Shown: positions 13,159 through 28,259 of the stretch, one piece after another
How the letters are laid out: every line of letters begins with the position of its first letter
Position numbering within the stretch: position 1 is the first letter of the stretch
Assembly: GCA_000442015.1 (NCBI GenBank)
Contig: KE560824.1
Coordinates: forward strand, 1 to 53,987
DNA: 53,987 nt
Source of the DNA: Rozella allomycis CSF55
Taxonomy: Eukaryota
Reading direction: 5' to 3'
Notes under the pieces: generated by a model
Database searches by the model: none
What the model saw: the letters and a program-made list of their open reading frames with translations, nothing else
What the model was told of the DNA's origin: nothing
Translations under genes and position numbers: made by a program

Positions 13159-14513
13159 ATGGATTTTGACTTTTTGACAACATGGCCGAAAGAAGACAGG
13201 ATAAGATTTATTTCTCTATGTTTCCCAGAAACTCCCGAAAATGTTTTATTAGAAATGTTGGGATCAGATTTTTCCAGCAGTAGTATTAACAATGTGTTCT
13301 CAACTTTCCTGAAAGAAAAAGAAGCGGATGATGCATCTTCTTTGTATAAAATGAAAAAACAAGATATTTTCACAATTTTTCCAGATGTCGATGAAGAATT
13401 TATTGATTTGCTCTTAAATGATCTAAAGGAACCTTCATTGGTAATTGACGAGCTTACAAAAATGATTCATCACGAGGGGACATTAAAAGATTCACAAATA
13501 TCAATTTTGGCAGAAATTTTCCCAGACTATGACGTTTCTACGCTTGAGAAATTTTTGAAGAGACATGACGGGACCCTGGAGGAGCTTATTAGTTTTCTAA
13601 GCGCCAATGGAAATAAAGCAGGCAATGTAAGAAATGATTTAGACGAGTTGCGAGATATGTTTTGCAATTTGGATCGAGATTACGTAAAGAAGGTTTACAA
13701 AAAGTTTCGAAAATCAATAAACGATGCAGCAAACTGGTTGTCAGAGTTTGGAGATAACAAGGCACTTCCTGACAAGAAATTAACAAATAAATCTCTGCTA
13801 TCATTTGGGACCACAAACCATCATGGAACCTTGTTCTACGATGAAGATGATGAGGATGAAAAGAACGAGGTTGCACGACCATCGTATGTTAATGTTCTTA
13901 AGCAAGAATCAAATGTAGATATTCATGCTCCTTTGTTTGATAACGACTCTTCAATTTGGGATGGCGAAGCATCTAATGACGAGAAAGAATATCGACTTCT
14001 TGCATTTCAAGCATATGAAGAACGTAGAACTGCGTACCAAAAGGCTGCAGAGCTGTACAAAATGGGTGGATTGAATAAGCATGCGGCAACATATTACGCA
14101 GAATTGGTAAATTATTCCCAAACAATTGAAAGGGCCGTAAAGCGCATGAAAAGATGCTAGCCAATGATAGGAAAGCCAGCCAAATCATATTTAGAAAAAA
14201 GTAAATTTAAATTGCAAGTTTTATAGTAATCCAAAATTTCCGGGGTGTGATAACATTGATTTGCATGGCTTGTATGTTAGAGAGGCATTAGAGTATGTAA
14301 AGGAAGCCATTTGTTTGCTAGGTAGTCAAAATATAATAATAATCATTAGAAAATCGCAAGTTTATAAATATTATTACTGGTGCTGGTAATAATAGCCCTC
14401 AAGGTATTTCCAAGTTGAAAAGATCCATTCTAAAGTATTTGGTTACCGTTGACTGTGAATACTCGCTTGTTGACAGCGGCGTTATAAGAATTTCAAATAA
14501 GAAACGCATTTAA
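13159..14513 (+). CDS. CUE-repeat / DUF1771 / Smr-domain endonuclease (Cue2/N4BP2-like)
   Basis: Repeated FPD CUE-like motifs, AYQKAAELY..AATYYAE; spliced C-terminus IDLHGLYVREAL...IITGAGNNS. Confidence 0.85.
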
Positions 14514-14536
14514 TAAAATATTTACGTAAATGTTAT

Positions 14537-16491
14537 TTATTTTATGAGAAAAAATATAATAATGGGACCTATCGTGAGATTTAAAGACAATTACCTGCAA
14601 ATGAAAGAAAAATTGATGGCTTGTTTATCGAGCTGGAACTTTCTATTATGGGCCTCTTTATGAAGACTGGCAAATTGACTCTTTGAGAAACTAAATCAGA
14701 GCCAAGATTTGAGACGTCGATTGAAATTATAAGACCATTTGGAGGGGGATTTGATATTTTTAACCTTAAGGCAAAAGAAACATTTTCTCCATCCATAAGA
14801 ACGTTGGCGGGTAATGAAATATTGAAATCGCTGCTAAAAGACAAAGAAATGTTTTGCCCAGATGAAAGCGGATTTATTCCACTATTAAATGGATCCATTA
14901 GTTTAATGATAACTGTTTGAAACAAAGTTTCATTTAATGATAAATTCAACGATGAAGGCGTCACTGAAAATCTGTCAATTACGCTTTGGAAAACCCGTTT
15001 GGAGCTGAAAGGTAAAGGTAATACATTTCTTTTCACAGATTGTGCTAGTCTATTTGAACTAAAAAATATGTGATTAAAGATCTTTGAGTAAACATTTAAG
15101 CCTGTAATACGAAATACATCTGCGTCGCTTTGACGGGAATAAATAAACGAGCCCCTAAAAGCATTATTGTTTTCAGCTGTAATGTATCCTTCAAGCGAAA
15201 TTGAGCTTTCTTTGGATAAATATATGCCTCCTCCAAATATTTCAGCTTTATTATACCTAAAAATTGAATTTCCTGAAATAAATAATTGACTTCCAGCATT
15301 AAATGAAACTGCACCGCCATTCTCAAATGCTGTATTATTGATAAACACGGTAGCATCAATAACCACAGTGCCTTCAGAGAATAATGCACCCCCAACAGTC
15401 GCCTTGTTTCCATTAAAACTACAATTATGGGTCTCAAACACAGCATTTTTGTGAACAAAAACTGATCCGCCGATTTCTGCCAAATTATCTTTAAATTCAG
15501 AATTGTCACAATAGGCAGTCCCGCCCAAAACGGCTATTGCACCACCTTGGGATCCTATACTATTTATAATCTTTGATTCATTTTTTATTATCAGTTTAGA
15601 ATTATTATCAATGACTATTGCCCCATTAGAGCGACATTGAACATCTTGGATGGTGCTGTTATCAATTATTGCCTTGGAATCGTAATTAACTTCCAAAAAA
15701 GAGATTTCCCTCTTTGAAGTAAGATTTTTAAAATTTGAATTTTTAATTATCAAATAACTATGGTCCAGTACAGAAATACCAGAAACTCCCAGGGTTGAAA
15801 ACATATCGGAAAATTGAACGTTATCCAACCATAAGGAACAATTATTCATGCAATAAATCAAGGAAACAATTGATGAATTTATATTATAACCAATGACATT
15901 TCTCATTTCCACGTAACTATTGTCATATGCTTGCCCTAATCCTCCAAAATTTGAAGAGAAAATATCATTCACAATACTATTTTTCCATATTAATTTTGAA
16001 TTCAATCCTACATCAAAAAGGCCGCTAGACAAAGACTTTGATCCATGAAAATCACAGCGTTCACATTCAATACGACTACCATCATAAAGAGAAATAGTCC
16101 CGCCCAACAAAACGGAAGTGGAGTTATATACTCTTAAATTATTTGCTTTAATGCTGGAATTCCGGTATGCTGCTATGGCGCCTCCATACACCGCCTTGGA
16201 ATTAAGAATTGTTACATTGTTTAGCACAGCATGGCCGCCATCATGGGCATATAGAAATCCGCCGTTGTCTTTTTGAATATTTGAACCGTAAAAATGTATA
16301 TTTGAAAGATATAAGCTTCCCCCAGTAGTGACTTCAAATCCACGACAATTCAAGAAGGTAAGATCAGAGAAATACACCGTAGAATTAATTACACTATCCA
16401 ATCTTTGATAATTACAATTGAATTCATTATCATTTGATGCTACACTGTTTGCAATTAAAAGTAAACAAAGAAGTACAAAACAACAAATCAT
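14537..16491 (-). CDS. Secreted/surface beta-helix protein with GGA(I/V)-FxxN (Pmp-like) repeats
   Basis: Signal peptide; repeats NKATVGGAL, FINNTAFENGGAV, FRYNKAEIFGGGI; last intron adds a hydrophobic tail GPIIIFFLIK. Confidence 0.8.
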
Positions 16492-16561
16492 GACATGACA
16501 ACGTCAAAAAAGAAAATATTACTTTGTGATTTTCTAGATCAGATTAACTTAAACTTTTGCA

Positions 16562-17356
16562 ATGGCATATTTTTGTTCCGGGAAAACTAACAACGAATTA
16601 ATAGGTAATTTAAAGAGTTCAATTCAATAGCGAAATTGAAAGCAACGGGGATTATTTCCAATGATAAAGTGGCAGACGCAATGAGAACTGTTGACAGGGC
16701 AAAGTATTGCACAATTCACCCGTATCATGACTCCCCACAACCTATCGGATTCAATGCAACAATATCTGCACCCCATATGGTACGATAACGTAGCTAAATT
16801 TAACAGCATGCAATTGCGCTTGAAGTCTTGTTACCAAATTTGAAGCCTGGAGCCAAAGTACTTGACGTTGGATGCGGTTCGGGATACTTGACATCATGCT
16901 TTGCTTCATTGGTATTTTTGGCATTTATTCATTTTCAGGTTTATCCAAATGGAAAGGTCATAGGCATCGATCATATACCAGAACTTGTACAACTTTGCCA
17001 ATATAATGTCAATTCAGATCATCCTGAATACATCAACGAAGGAGTTGTCCATTTTTATGGTAAAAATGCAGATCTGACGTTATGAAGAAGCTGATGGGCG
17101 GGAAGGATATGCTAATGAAGCCCCTTACGATGTGATACATGTGGGGGCATCTTCCAGGACAGCTCCAGTCGCGGTAATTTCGCTTGTAAACATTTTATAG
17201 CTGTTGGAGCAGTTGGCCGTTAATGGTTTGATGGTGATACCAATAACGCATACATTCACATTGATTCATAAGAACGAACAAGGTAAACTTGAGGAGAAAC
17301 CACTAATGAGTGTGAGATATGTAGGTCTTACATCCCGCGATGAGCAAATACAATAA
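16562..17356 (+). CDS. PCMT1: Protein-L-isoaspartate O-methyltransferase
   Basis: PQPIGFNATISAPHM|HA, KVLDVGCGSGYLT, GIDHIPELV, APYDVIHVGA; five introns. Confidence 0.95.
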
Positions 17357-17441
17357 ATTATTTTGGTATTTAGATTTTTAGACAGTACTTTTGCTACGTG
17401 GGTTTCTAATTGATTTTCAGCCATATTTCCTTATTTGGGAA

Positions 17442-18489
17442 ATGAAAAAAAGTTTCACTTTATGCATGAATAAGCTAAAAGACGTAGACGTCATTATTGG
17501 AAAACAGTGTGTGTATCAGGCTTTATTGAATCAAAGCCGTGACAGGTTCCGGCGGCTTTATTTAGCACAGACTAAAATGTACATACAATGAAACACATTT
17601 TATATGAGGAATAAAGCGACATTTGAGGATGATGATTCTCTCTACTCTCAGATTCTTGAGATGGCTAGGAAAAAGAATATAAAGATTGACTATGTGAACA
17701 CTTTTCAATTAGATGCTAAAGCGGAAAATAGACCTCATCAAGTAAATCATAAATCACTGCTGAACCAGGGAATAGTACTTACTTGTTCCTTTCTTCAACC
17801 AAAATCTGTCAAAAGGATACAATACGATGCCTCAAATCATACTTTAAATTTATCCGGAAAGAAAAAAGAAATTAAATTTGATGTACCAAAAGATAGACCA
17901 CCGTTTGTCTTAGTTTTGGAAAAAGTTACCGACGCAGCTGTAATGATTACATTAGGTTAGGAAAGGATCTTGGGACTATCATTCGAAACTCATGCTTTTT
18001 TGGATTGGACGCAGTTATACTAGGAAACGAAAGGTAAGAATATGTTTTATGTTTTACTTGTGCTTCTTTTAACTCGTACGCGTCAAGAACCAGTGGTGCC
18101 GCCATGGAGAGTTATGGAAAAATGAGAGTGTTTAAGTCCACAGAAACAATCCCAGATTTTCTTCGAGTAATTTTTATAATTAATAATTAAGTTTGGGAGC
18201 CGATTTAAATGATTGGGATGTTTTTGTTGCGTGTGAGACTGGAAAATCAGTAGAGGACCTCAAAAATTTAGGAAAACCAACAATTTTGATACTTGGTAAG
18301 CATTTTCTCTTATAGATACGAGGTGCGGATGGTAATAATCCATCCGAAGAATTACTTTCAATCAGCCATAATAAAATCAGACCGAATTACAACTCTCCGG
18401 CAGAGTATATGAACATTCCAAAAACCTTAACTATGTCAGTATCGTCAGGTGTGCTGATTCATTCACTTATTTCAAAAATTAAAAAATAA
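17442..18489 (+). CDS. MRM1: SpoU/TrmH rRNA methyltransferase, Mrm1-like
   Basis: NRPHQ|GIVL, LVLEKVTD..DLGTIIRNS..FG, SRTSGAAME, PTILILG; multi-exon. Confidence 0.75.
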
Positions 18490-18528
18490 ATTGTATCAGA
18501 TTTATTGCACATGCTTTATGTATGTATT

Positions 18529-19652
18529 TTAATCAAAGTCCATTCCCCAATTTTCTTCGGTTCCATTTACGATATAGCCAATATAAAGAGCCATTACGCA
18601 CGAGAGGTTTGTCCAGCGCCAAAATGCATAGTCTATTGAATTAGCGTTGTCGAACTCATCTATCCAAGAATGCATGTACACCATAATGACTATGCACTTC
18701 CCAAATGCATTTAGCATGTCAATCAAGGTTAAATCATCATCCGGGGAATTTTGAGATTTGTCAATCAATCTTGAAGAAGCCACAAATACCGCGACCCTGA
18801 ATATAAGGCTCAGTATCAAATCGAATGAAAAAATATGATAAATTGCTGAAACACCGGCTCCGACTGTCTTAAATGGTGTTATTAAACTATATGATTGTTG
18901 CCTGAATGTTTCAAGTATATTTATCTTTGCTAAATCTTGTGATTTACTCCATTCCTTTGAAATAAGCCAAAAATTATAAACGACATAACCAAACAACAAT
19001 GAAGCGTCTGTTATAACTCCATTTTCTGACATTAAAGTGATGACAGTAAGAACTACTGTTAAAGTTATGAATATTGAAATTAAGCTAAATTTTCGTTAGA
19101 ATAACAATGTACCTAGAGGAAGCCACATTGATAAAGGGGTTATGAAATATTCCAAATGTAACAAAAATTCCCGTAATATAGATAATTCCACACACCAAAA
19201 GAGAAACGGCAAGTATACTCCTTTCGTTCCGATAAGAAAAATATGAAACTGTTTGGCCAATGTAATGAGACACATATACAAATGATGCCCCTTCAAGAAT
19301 TATAAAAAATGGGCTGCTAGATATGATAATCCATTCATATGGCTTCAAAATCCATGTCGGCACAAATCCCGCCGTGCAGTAAATTAGTAACAGAACAATA
19401 GGAAGCTCGGTTAAGTTAAAAAATCTTTTCTAGTATTAGAAAAATATAAATAATTACTAGCAACTGTGGTTTATTTTCATTGGATTTGGGTGCAAATAAT
19501 GAAATCAAACCCATACTAAAATAGAACAAAGAGAGTACAAATGACACACTAAGAGCTTCATTTCTACCGAAAGTGTACATGGTAGTTGGCAATGAGCTGA
19601 AAAGCGCCAACAAAACTAGTATTTTAGACCCAAAAAGAAGGAATTTTAACAT
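18529..19652 (-). CDS. ICE2: ER membrane protein Ice2
   Basis: SSPFFIILEG, FRVAVFVASSRLI and WRWTNL motifs plus multi-TM layout; two introns. Confidence 0.75.
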
Positions 19653-19666
19653 TGTATATTTCGGAA

Positions 19667-20377
19667 ATGTACATTGTTGGGTTAACTGGTGGAATAAGCT
19701 CAGGAAAATCGCAAGCTTCACTAAAGTTTCAAGAATTAGGGATCAGAGTTATTGATGCTGACCTGATTTCCCACAAGTTATTGCAACCGAATTCTCCAAT
19801 TTATAATAAAATAATCAATGAGTTTGGCCGAGACATTTTATCTGACACTAACGAAATTGATAGGAAAAAACTCGGAAAGATTGTTTTCGATAGCGAAACG
19901 AAAAGAAAAATTCTCAACTCCATAATGCATCCTGCTATAAAGAAAAGAATCATTGGTGACGTTATCTTTAGCTTCATTACTCTTCAGAGAATGATTGTTC
20001 TTGATATTCCACTGCTCTTTGAAACCGGGCTTGACGCGTATGTTAACGAAACTATTGTCGTTTTTTGGTAAAGAATATGATACCACATTGTTAGTGATGA
20101 AGAAACCCAAATTGAAAGATTAATTCACAGGGATAGAATTTCAAAAGAAGATGCGATGATTAGGCTAAAGTCCCAAATGCCTTTAAATAAGAAGATATTG
20201 TTAGCCGATGTTGTCTTTGATAACTCTAAATCAATAAATGAATTGAATGATCAAGTTGTTTCGTATGTTCAAAAAAGGTATCCTTCGTTCTTGAGAACAA
20301 TAATGTGGCTAATTTCACCATCTACAATGCTTTTCCTTTTTTTCATTGAAAAATTTGTAATGGCAAAGCATAAATAA
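19667..20377 (+). CDS. CAB5: Dephospho-CoA kinase
   Basis: VGLTGGISSGKS, IDADLISH, DIPLLFE, RLKSQMPL; one intron. Confidence 0.95.
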
Positions 20378-20416
20378 ACGTTGTGCAAATATCTCTTTCA
20401 ATTAGATTTTTCGTAA

Positions 20417-21289
20417 ATGGATTATGATGATGATGACAACTTGGAAGAACTATATTTAAATCGTTTCGCCGATGATATTACAGATTCAGAAGAATCAGAG
20501 GCAGAGGAAGAAGTTGCAGAAAAAGGGCCAGAAAAAATAACAGCTGCAGACCCAAATGAAGAAATGATTCAAGCTGCAATGGAAGTGCGTCCTATGGAGG
20601 AAAATGCAAAGAAGAAGACGCCCAAAATAAGAAAATTAAAATCTAGGTTGACTGAAGATAGGTAAAACATCCCCAACGAAATGAAATCAGGCTTGCTGGA
20701 AAGGACGGATTTCCAGCTCTAGTAGATTTTATGTCGAAATTTAAAACTAATAAAGGAAATGAGGTAAGATTGATATTAACTTTTTATAGATCGATGATTT
20801 CAACAGACTCATGCAATTTTATAAGATTTGGGCGAAAAAGCTGTATTCAGACAAGCCTTTTGACGACGTTGTTTATGCAGTGGAAAAATTATGCCACAAG
20901 AAAAGAATGAGGGTTTATTTGAGCAACGTCAGAAAGTATCACGAAGAAAAATATTCCTGGGAAGAAATCAAAAGGCAATCATTTCCATCTCTTGAAGTAA
21001 GAAATGTTAATGAAATTGAAAGATGGATGAAAGAGATGACAACGATTCCCCTATGGACAGTCAAATAGTTCCGCTTCCTGTTACTTCAACTCAAGCCCCG
21101 GGTTTAACGGAAGAGATGAAGCTTCGGATGGAAAGAAATCTTAGAGAAGCCCTAGAAAGAAAAAGAATTAAAGAACAAGAACGATTAAAAATACAGGAAG
21201 ACTCTTTGAAAGAAACGACTACACAAGATATGTTTAATGAAGAAGACGCGTTGCTCAAAGAATTAGAAAATGACGAATTATTTAATTAA
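20417..21289 (+). CDS. CSM3: Replication fork protection factor Csm3/Swi3/TIPIN
   Basis: RLTEDR|LAGKDGFPAL...LMQFYKIWAKKLY..KPFDDVVYAVEKL and RMERNLREALERK; two introns. Confidence 0.8.
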
Positions 21290-21369
21290 TTCAATATTAC
21301 ATGTAGACATTACGCACAGTGTCATCACAATTAATAAAGTGTGCCGCCTTAGCCACGCACAACAATTTA

Positions 21370-23714
21370 ATGCTGTTTTACGTCTTGTTTACTTTATTTC
21401 ATGTAATAGGGTTATGTCGCAATTCGAATACTGAATCAAATGATTTCCCTAACTTAATTGCCCTTGAGTACTCCAAATACCACGAGCCGGTATTTGACCC
21501 TGATATTCAGTTTGTTAAATATTTAATGGAAGATATTGCTATTTATAGAACAAAAATACCACTGAATTTTATTCTAAATCCGTTTCTTCGCTTGAATCTA
21601 GTCCATGTACATTATCCGGAAAAGCTGGAAAGAGACAATAGAAATGCGTTAAAATTATCAAAATATAGAGTTAAAGATCTTTCAAGTCCTCCAATTAATG
21701 ATGCTAACGATCCATTTATCGTTTCCATCAAGAGTAGATTGAATATCAGCGATCCTTATTTCCATCATCAGTGGCATCTTATCAACAGGAATAATATTGG
21801 GCATGATATCAATGTTACCGGAGTGTGGCTAGAAGGTAAAACAAACAGATATATATCACAAGGCAATTTTGGGCAAGGCGTTGTTGTTGCCTTATTAGAT
21901 GATGGTATCTACTTTGATCATCCAGATATCCGACCAAATTTTGTAATACATGACCTACATAATGAAAAGTTTTCCGAGGGTTCAAATGATCTAAATGATC
22001 ACAAACGAGACCCTAGCCCGAAGCTTCCCGATGATACACATGGTACTAGATGTGCTGGCCAAATTGCAGCCGCTCCCAATGATGTATGTGGCGTAGGAGT
22101 AGCTTATAAATCTAAAGTTGCAGGTAGAATACTAAATTATTGTTTTCAAATTAGGTATCAGGATGCTCTCAAAAGAGATTACGAGCATAGATGAAGCGAC
22201 GGCGCTTAACTTTGCTATGGATAAAAATCATATCTATTCATCTAGCTGGGGGTAGATTTTTGCGCAAAATTTTAAATAAGACCAAAAGATGACGGTGAAA
22301 CTGTGGAAGGCCCGGATAGACTCAATATGAAAGCCCTAATCAATGGAATTACAAAAGGGAGAAATGGAAAAGGATCAATTTATGTTGTGGCATCTGGCAA
22401 CGGGAAGGAATACGACAACTGCAACTACGATGGATACGCAAATAGTGTTTTTAATATTGCTATTGGAGCCATAGATAGATATGATAATTCCCCTGTTTAT
22501 ATGGAAAATTGCGCATCGCAACTTTTTGTTACCTATAGTAGCGACTCTCATGGACTAACTAAAATTGTAAATATTTTCTATTTTAATAAGAATATAGACA
22601 ACTACAGACGTTGAAATATCACCTAATCCTATAAATTCCAATTATAAGCCAGGTTGCACTGACAGGCATGGCGGAACGTCAGCCGCGGCACCATTAGGAG
22701 CAGGAATACTTGCACTAGCATTATCAGCAAGGTTTTTCTTTATTATATTAATGATTTAGGCCTGAATTAACATGGAGAGATATGCAAAATATAGCAATAA
22801 ATTCAGTGGTCCATGTACAACAAACTGACAAAGGGTGGCAATTGACAGGTTCAGGGCGTAAATATCATCATAAATTTGGCTTTGGTAAAATTGATGCTTG
22901 GCGCTTAGTTCAAAACGCCAAGAAATTTCCTCTTTTAGGACCTTTAATTGTTCATAAAACTCGTATCAAAAAGGTTAATCAATTAATTCCCCAGAACGGC
23001 CTACCGCTATCATCTTCCATCACTGTCACTAGTAATATAGTGCCAAAACCATTCAATCTTGAACAAGTCACAGTTAAAGTAAATTTGGTGCATAATCGGA
23101 GAGGTGACATTGAATTCTTTTTAGAAACTCCTTTTGGAACGGTTGCACAGCTTTCTACGAAAAGAGAAAACGATTTCTCTACGGAGGGACTTAAGAATTG
23201 GACTTTTTCAACTGTGATTGCCTGGGGTGAAGAAGTGCATGGTTCATGGAGCTTGAAGGTATTTGACAAGGGCAATATGGAGCGTATGGGCAAATTGATG
23301 GATTGGCAACTTGCATTTTGGGGAGAAACAACCGTAGAGTTTAAGAATAGTTTGCACGACTACCAGGACGCAGAAAAATTCCTAGATGTTTATTTCCCTT
23401 CAAAGACCGAATTGTATTTTTCCGAAAACGAAGTGGATTTGCCCGGTCATATTTCAATATTTTTTAAAGTAATTGGCGCACTAGGGCTTATATTTATTTG
23501 TGCACTCTTTATCATTGTTTCGTACAAATTTGCAAGAAAAAGGCTTTCCGTGGGTCTCATGAATAGATTTATACCTCTAGGAACAATGGAAGAGCTTACT
23601 TCGTTGCACGAAATTCGTTCTAATGGTAACGTATTTATTTCCAATGAGCATCAATCTGTTTCTTTGCTTCCTATTTCCACTAATGCAAACAATATTATTT
23701 TTCAAGCAGATTAA
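21370..23714 (+). CDS. KEX2: Kexin/furin-type proprotein convertase
   Basis: DDG, HGTRCAGQI, ASGNG, HGGTSAAAP catalytic motifs, P-domain, TM helix; six introns. Confidence 0.95.
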
Positions 23715-23748
23715 TAAATATGTATTTATTTATATTGATTATTGCACA

Positions 23749-24123
23749 TTAATAGTTTGTTTTCCTTTTCTCATCATTAAGTATTTTTCTGTGTAATTCT
23801 TTTCTCTTCGAAACATAATCACATGAGGTTCTGGGGCATGTATCATGTAGTGTTCCCATCCCTACATTCGTTTATAGTAATGTAAATACCAAACTCTGCT
23901 GTATTCCAATACCCCTCCATTCTTCATCTGTCATTAATCTGTCTGTTAGTACATATTTCGCGAGAGGTTTTGGTAAAATTACATGCCTTGTTTAAACTAC
24001 TTCTTAATTTTACCTGTACTCAAAATAGTCATCGGTGTATTTATCTGAATATACTATGGAATCTCTGTATTCCAAAATATCATTTTGTAACTGTTTTCGT
24101 TGCGTGATTGGTACGTGAGACAT
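23749..24123 (-). CDS. CKS1: CDK regulatory subunit Cks1
   Basis: [19 protein letters not shown]...[30 protein letters not shown]. Confidence 0.95.
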
Positions 24124-24371
24124 TGTACCTGGGTCTACTTTCCCGCCAAAAATTTCAAGCACTAGAAATAGAGAAATTACGCAAAATAAAGGCATGCATG
24201 TATTAGAAATCAAAAAGAGTTTTATTTGCAAGAGTTGAAACTTTAAATTATCAACGAACTCGTACATCATTTGATTAGAGGAGAATAGGGATGTCAGATT
24301 TTCTCCTACGTGAACTTCGTACATCCGAATATTAAAGGACAAAGATCAGATAAAGTTTGATGACAGAAAGC

Positions 24372-24885
24372 ATGTTATTTAAGCTTTTCAAAATGTCTAT
24401 TGGTTTATTATCGGCACATTATACAGTGATAATAGCGTCTTATTTGTTTTTTTGGTTTGTTGAATATTTTTCAGGTGTTGTAAGCCCAGTTTTTTCAAAG
24501 AAGTTTTCAACGCTACCATTAATTGTTAAAATTAACTGGAGAACTAAGGTTGTTTCAACAGTTCATGCAATTTTTGCTTGCATTTGCGGCTATAAAGTTT
24601 TAAATCTAAAGTCCTTGGACGCAAGTAACATCTTTGGCTACGACCCCTTTGCAGGAAACGTTTACGGAGTCGTATGCGGGTAAATAATGATAGGTAACAA
24701 ATATACAAAGGTACTTTTTGTACGACGTAATTTGTTGTATCAAATATTTCAAATTGTTTGGCATTGGCTTTCTAATACACAGTGTTGCTTGTTTGATAGT
24801 GTATTTGGGATCATTTAGGCCTTTTCTTATGTATTATGGTGGATATTTTTTGCTTTATGAAAGTACAACACCATTTTTGAATATT
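24372..24885 (+). CDS. TLC-domain membrane protein, truncated duplicate ending at gap
   Basis: Near-identical to 25053-25565; ends at N 24886. Confidence 0.7.
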
Positions 24886-25052
24886 NTAAAGCAAAAAGAG
24901 TTTTATTTGCAAGAGTCGAAACTTTAAATTATCAACGAACTCGTAAGTCGTTTGATTAGAGGATAATAGGGATGCCAAATATTCTCCTACGTGAACTTAT
25001 TACATCCGAATATTAAAAGGACAAAGATCAGATAAGGTTTGATGCAGAGAGC

Positions 25053-25920
25053 ATGTTATTTAAGCTTTTCAAAATGTCTATTGGTTTATTATCAGCACAT
25101 TATACAGTGATAATAGCGTCTTATTTGTTTTTTTGGTTTGTTGAATATTTTTCAGGTGTTGTAAGCCCAGTTTTTTCAAAGAAGTTTTCAACGCTACCAT
25201 TAATTGTTAAAATTAACTGGAGAACTAAGGTTGTTTCAACAGTTCATGCAATTTTTGCTTGCATTTGCGGCTATAAAGTTTTAAATCTAAAGTCCTTGGA
25301 CGCAAGTAACATCTTTGGCTACGACCCCTTTGCAGGAAACGTTTACGGAGTCGTATGCGGGTAAATAATGATAGGTAACAAATATACAAAGGTACTTTTT
25401 GTACGACGTAATTTGTTGTATCAAATATTTCAAATTGTTTGGCATTGGCTTTCTAATACACGGTGTTGCTTGTTTGATAGTGTATTTGGGATCTTTTAGA
25501 CCTTTCCTGATGTATCATGGTGGATATTTTTTGCTTTATGAAAGTACAACACCATTTTTGAATATCCATTGGTTTCTTCATAAGTTAGGCAAATCTGGTT
25601 CAAAGGAGCAAAAAATAAATGGAGTAATACTAGCAGTCACGTTTTTGGTGGTGAGAATCATATTTGGATTGTATTGGTCGATTATTGTCATCAGTAACTG
25701 TATACAGTATAAAAGTAGCTTTTTAGGATCAATTGCCATGAACTTCGAAAATATACCCATTGAGTTTCAGTTTATTTACCTCACATCAAATGTGGTGTTG
25801 AACATGCTGAATATATATTGGTTCACTCTTATCATGAATAGCATTTTTAAAACATTTGATATGAAAGTACATTTCTCATTCAGTAATAAATAGTCACTTC
25901 CTTTTTTGTCTCAATTATAA
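25053..25920 (+). CDS. TLC-domain (TMEM56/TLCD4-like) membrane protein
   Basis: VVSTVHA, GYFLYD, LLYESTTPFLNIHWFL, FLVVRI, LNIYWF. Confidence 0.9.
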
Positions 25921-25951
25921 ATTTATAATTACATAATTACGAAAAAGTGAA

Positions 25952-27203
<1,252 letters not shown>

Positions 27204-27367
27204 ATATATTTATGATTTAAACTATGCTATGATGATTGATGCTATCCCTATTAATCGTGATGTGCATGATGCATCAAGGGACGAAGTTCACAAGATTGAA
27301 AGGACTGAAATTGTCGCCAGTGAAAATTAATACATTACATGATCTACTGTTTAGATTCACTTTATCA

Positions 27368-28259
27368 ATGGATATTACAACTATTTCCCGAAACATGGAG
27401 ATTTACAAGTTCATGACCCTGATTTCAAGTGTCATCGAATATAATTCGAGGATCCCATTAAACTTTAGTGGCGGCATCCTTAGATCAATGACGTTTTTTC
27501 TATTGTTCTGCTGCTCACATGTGATTATGGACCAAGGGGTAAAATGGGTCACGAAAAGGAAGAATTTCAAGAAGAAAGACTTGGTTTATTTAACTGGAAA
27601 GTAAAAAAATTCCATTTATCTATTATACCAGGATTGTCTCTATTTTCCATGCCTTAGTTAGCTCAATTGTAACTTGCTGGCAAATACATGTATCACAAGT
27701 TTTTGAAAGCAAGGACGCCCTTCTTCTTTATCCAAACTTCCTGGAATATGTGTTCCCTTTATATATCGGTTACACTATGTATGATATTATCCTGATGTAT
27801 GTCAATGGTAGTGAACCATTGTACATGTGGCTGCATCATATAATTGGAGCGTTGTCAATATGTGCGATATCGGTAACTTAATTAAATATAAAATAAAAGT
27901 ATATCAGAAGAGGCGCATATTTTCCAGCGATGTTTCTTCAAACAGAATTTACGGCGGCTTCTACAAATATTGTATGGTACTTTCACAAATTTGGGATATC
28001 TCGGGGTTTAAAATATAGACTTTCCCTTGTATTTCGGTTTGTTAGCTCCTTATTAATAAGATTACCAATGCCCTTCTATGTGTGGTATTATCTGTATCAT
28101 CAAATTGGCACATATTCTGAAGTTTTAGAGGCTTTTATTGAACTTCCTTTATTTGTTTCCATTATTACTATATTAAACATCTGTACTTTCGGCGCAATAA
28201 ACACCATATGGACGTACCAAATGTTAAAAGCCATCTTCAGAAAGCAAAAATCTCTATGA
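27368..28259 (+). CDS. Second TLC-domain membrane protein
   Basis: VSIFHA, GYTMYD, WLHH, FLQTEFT, LLIRL, NTIW; two introns. Confidence 0.75.

Noticed and set aside
24208-25565. Apparent tandem duplication of the TLC gene
   Set aside because: The copies meet exactly at N 24886, are nearly identical, and the first is cut at the gap. Most likely uncollapsed allelic contigs.
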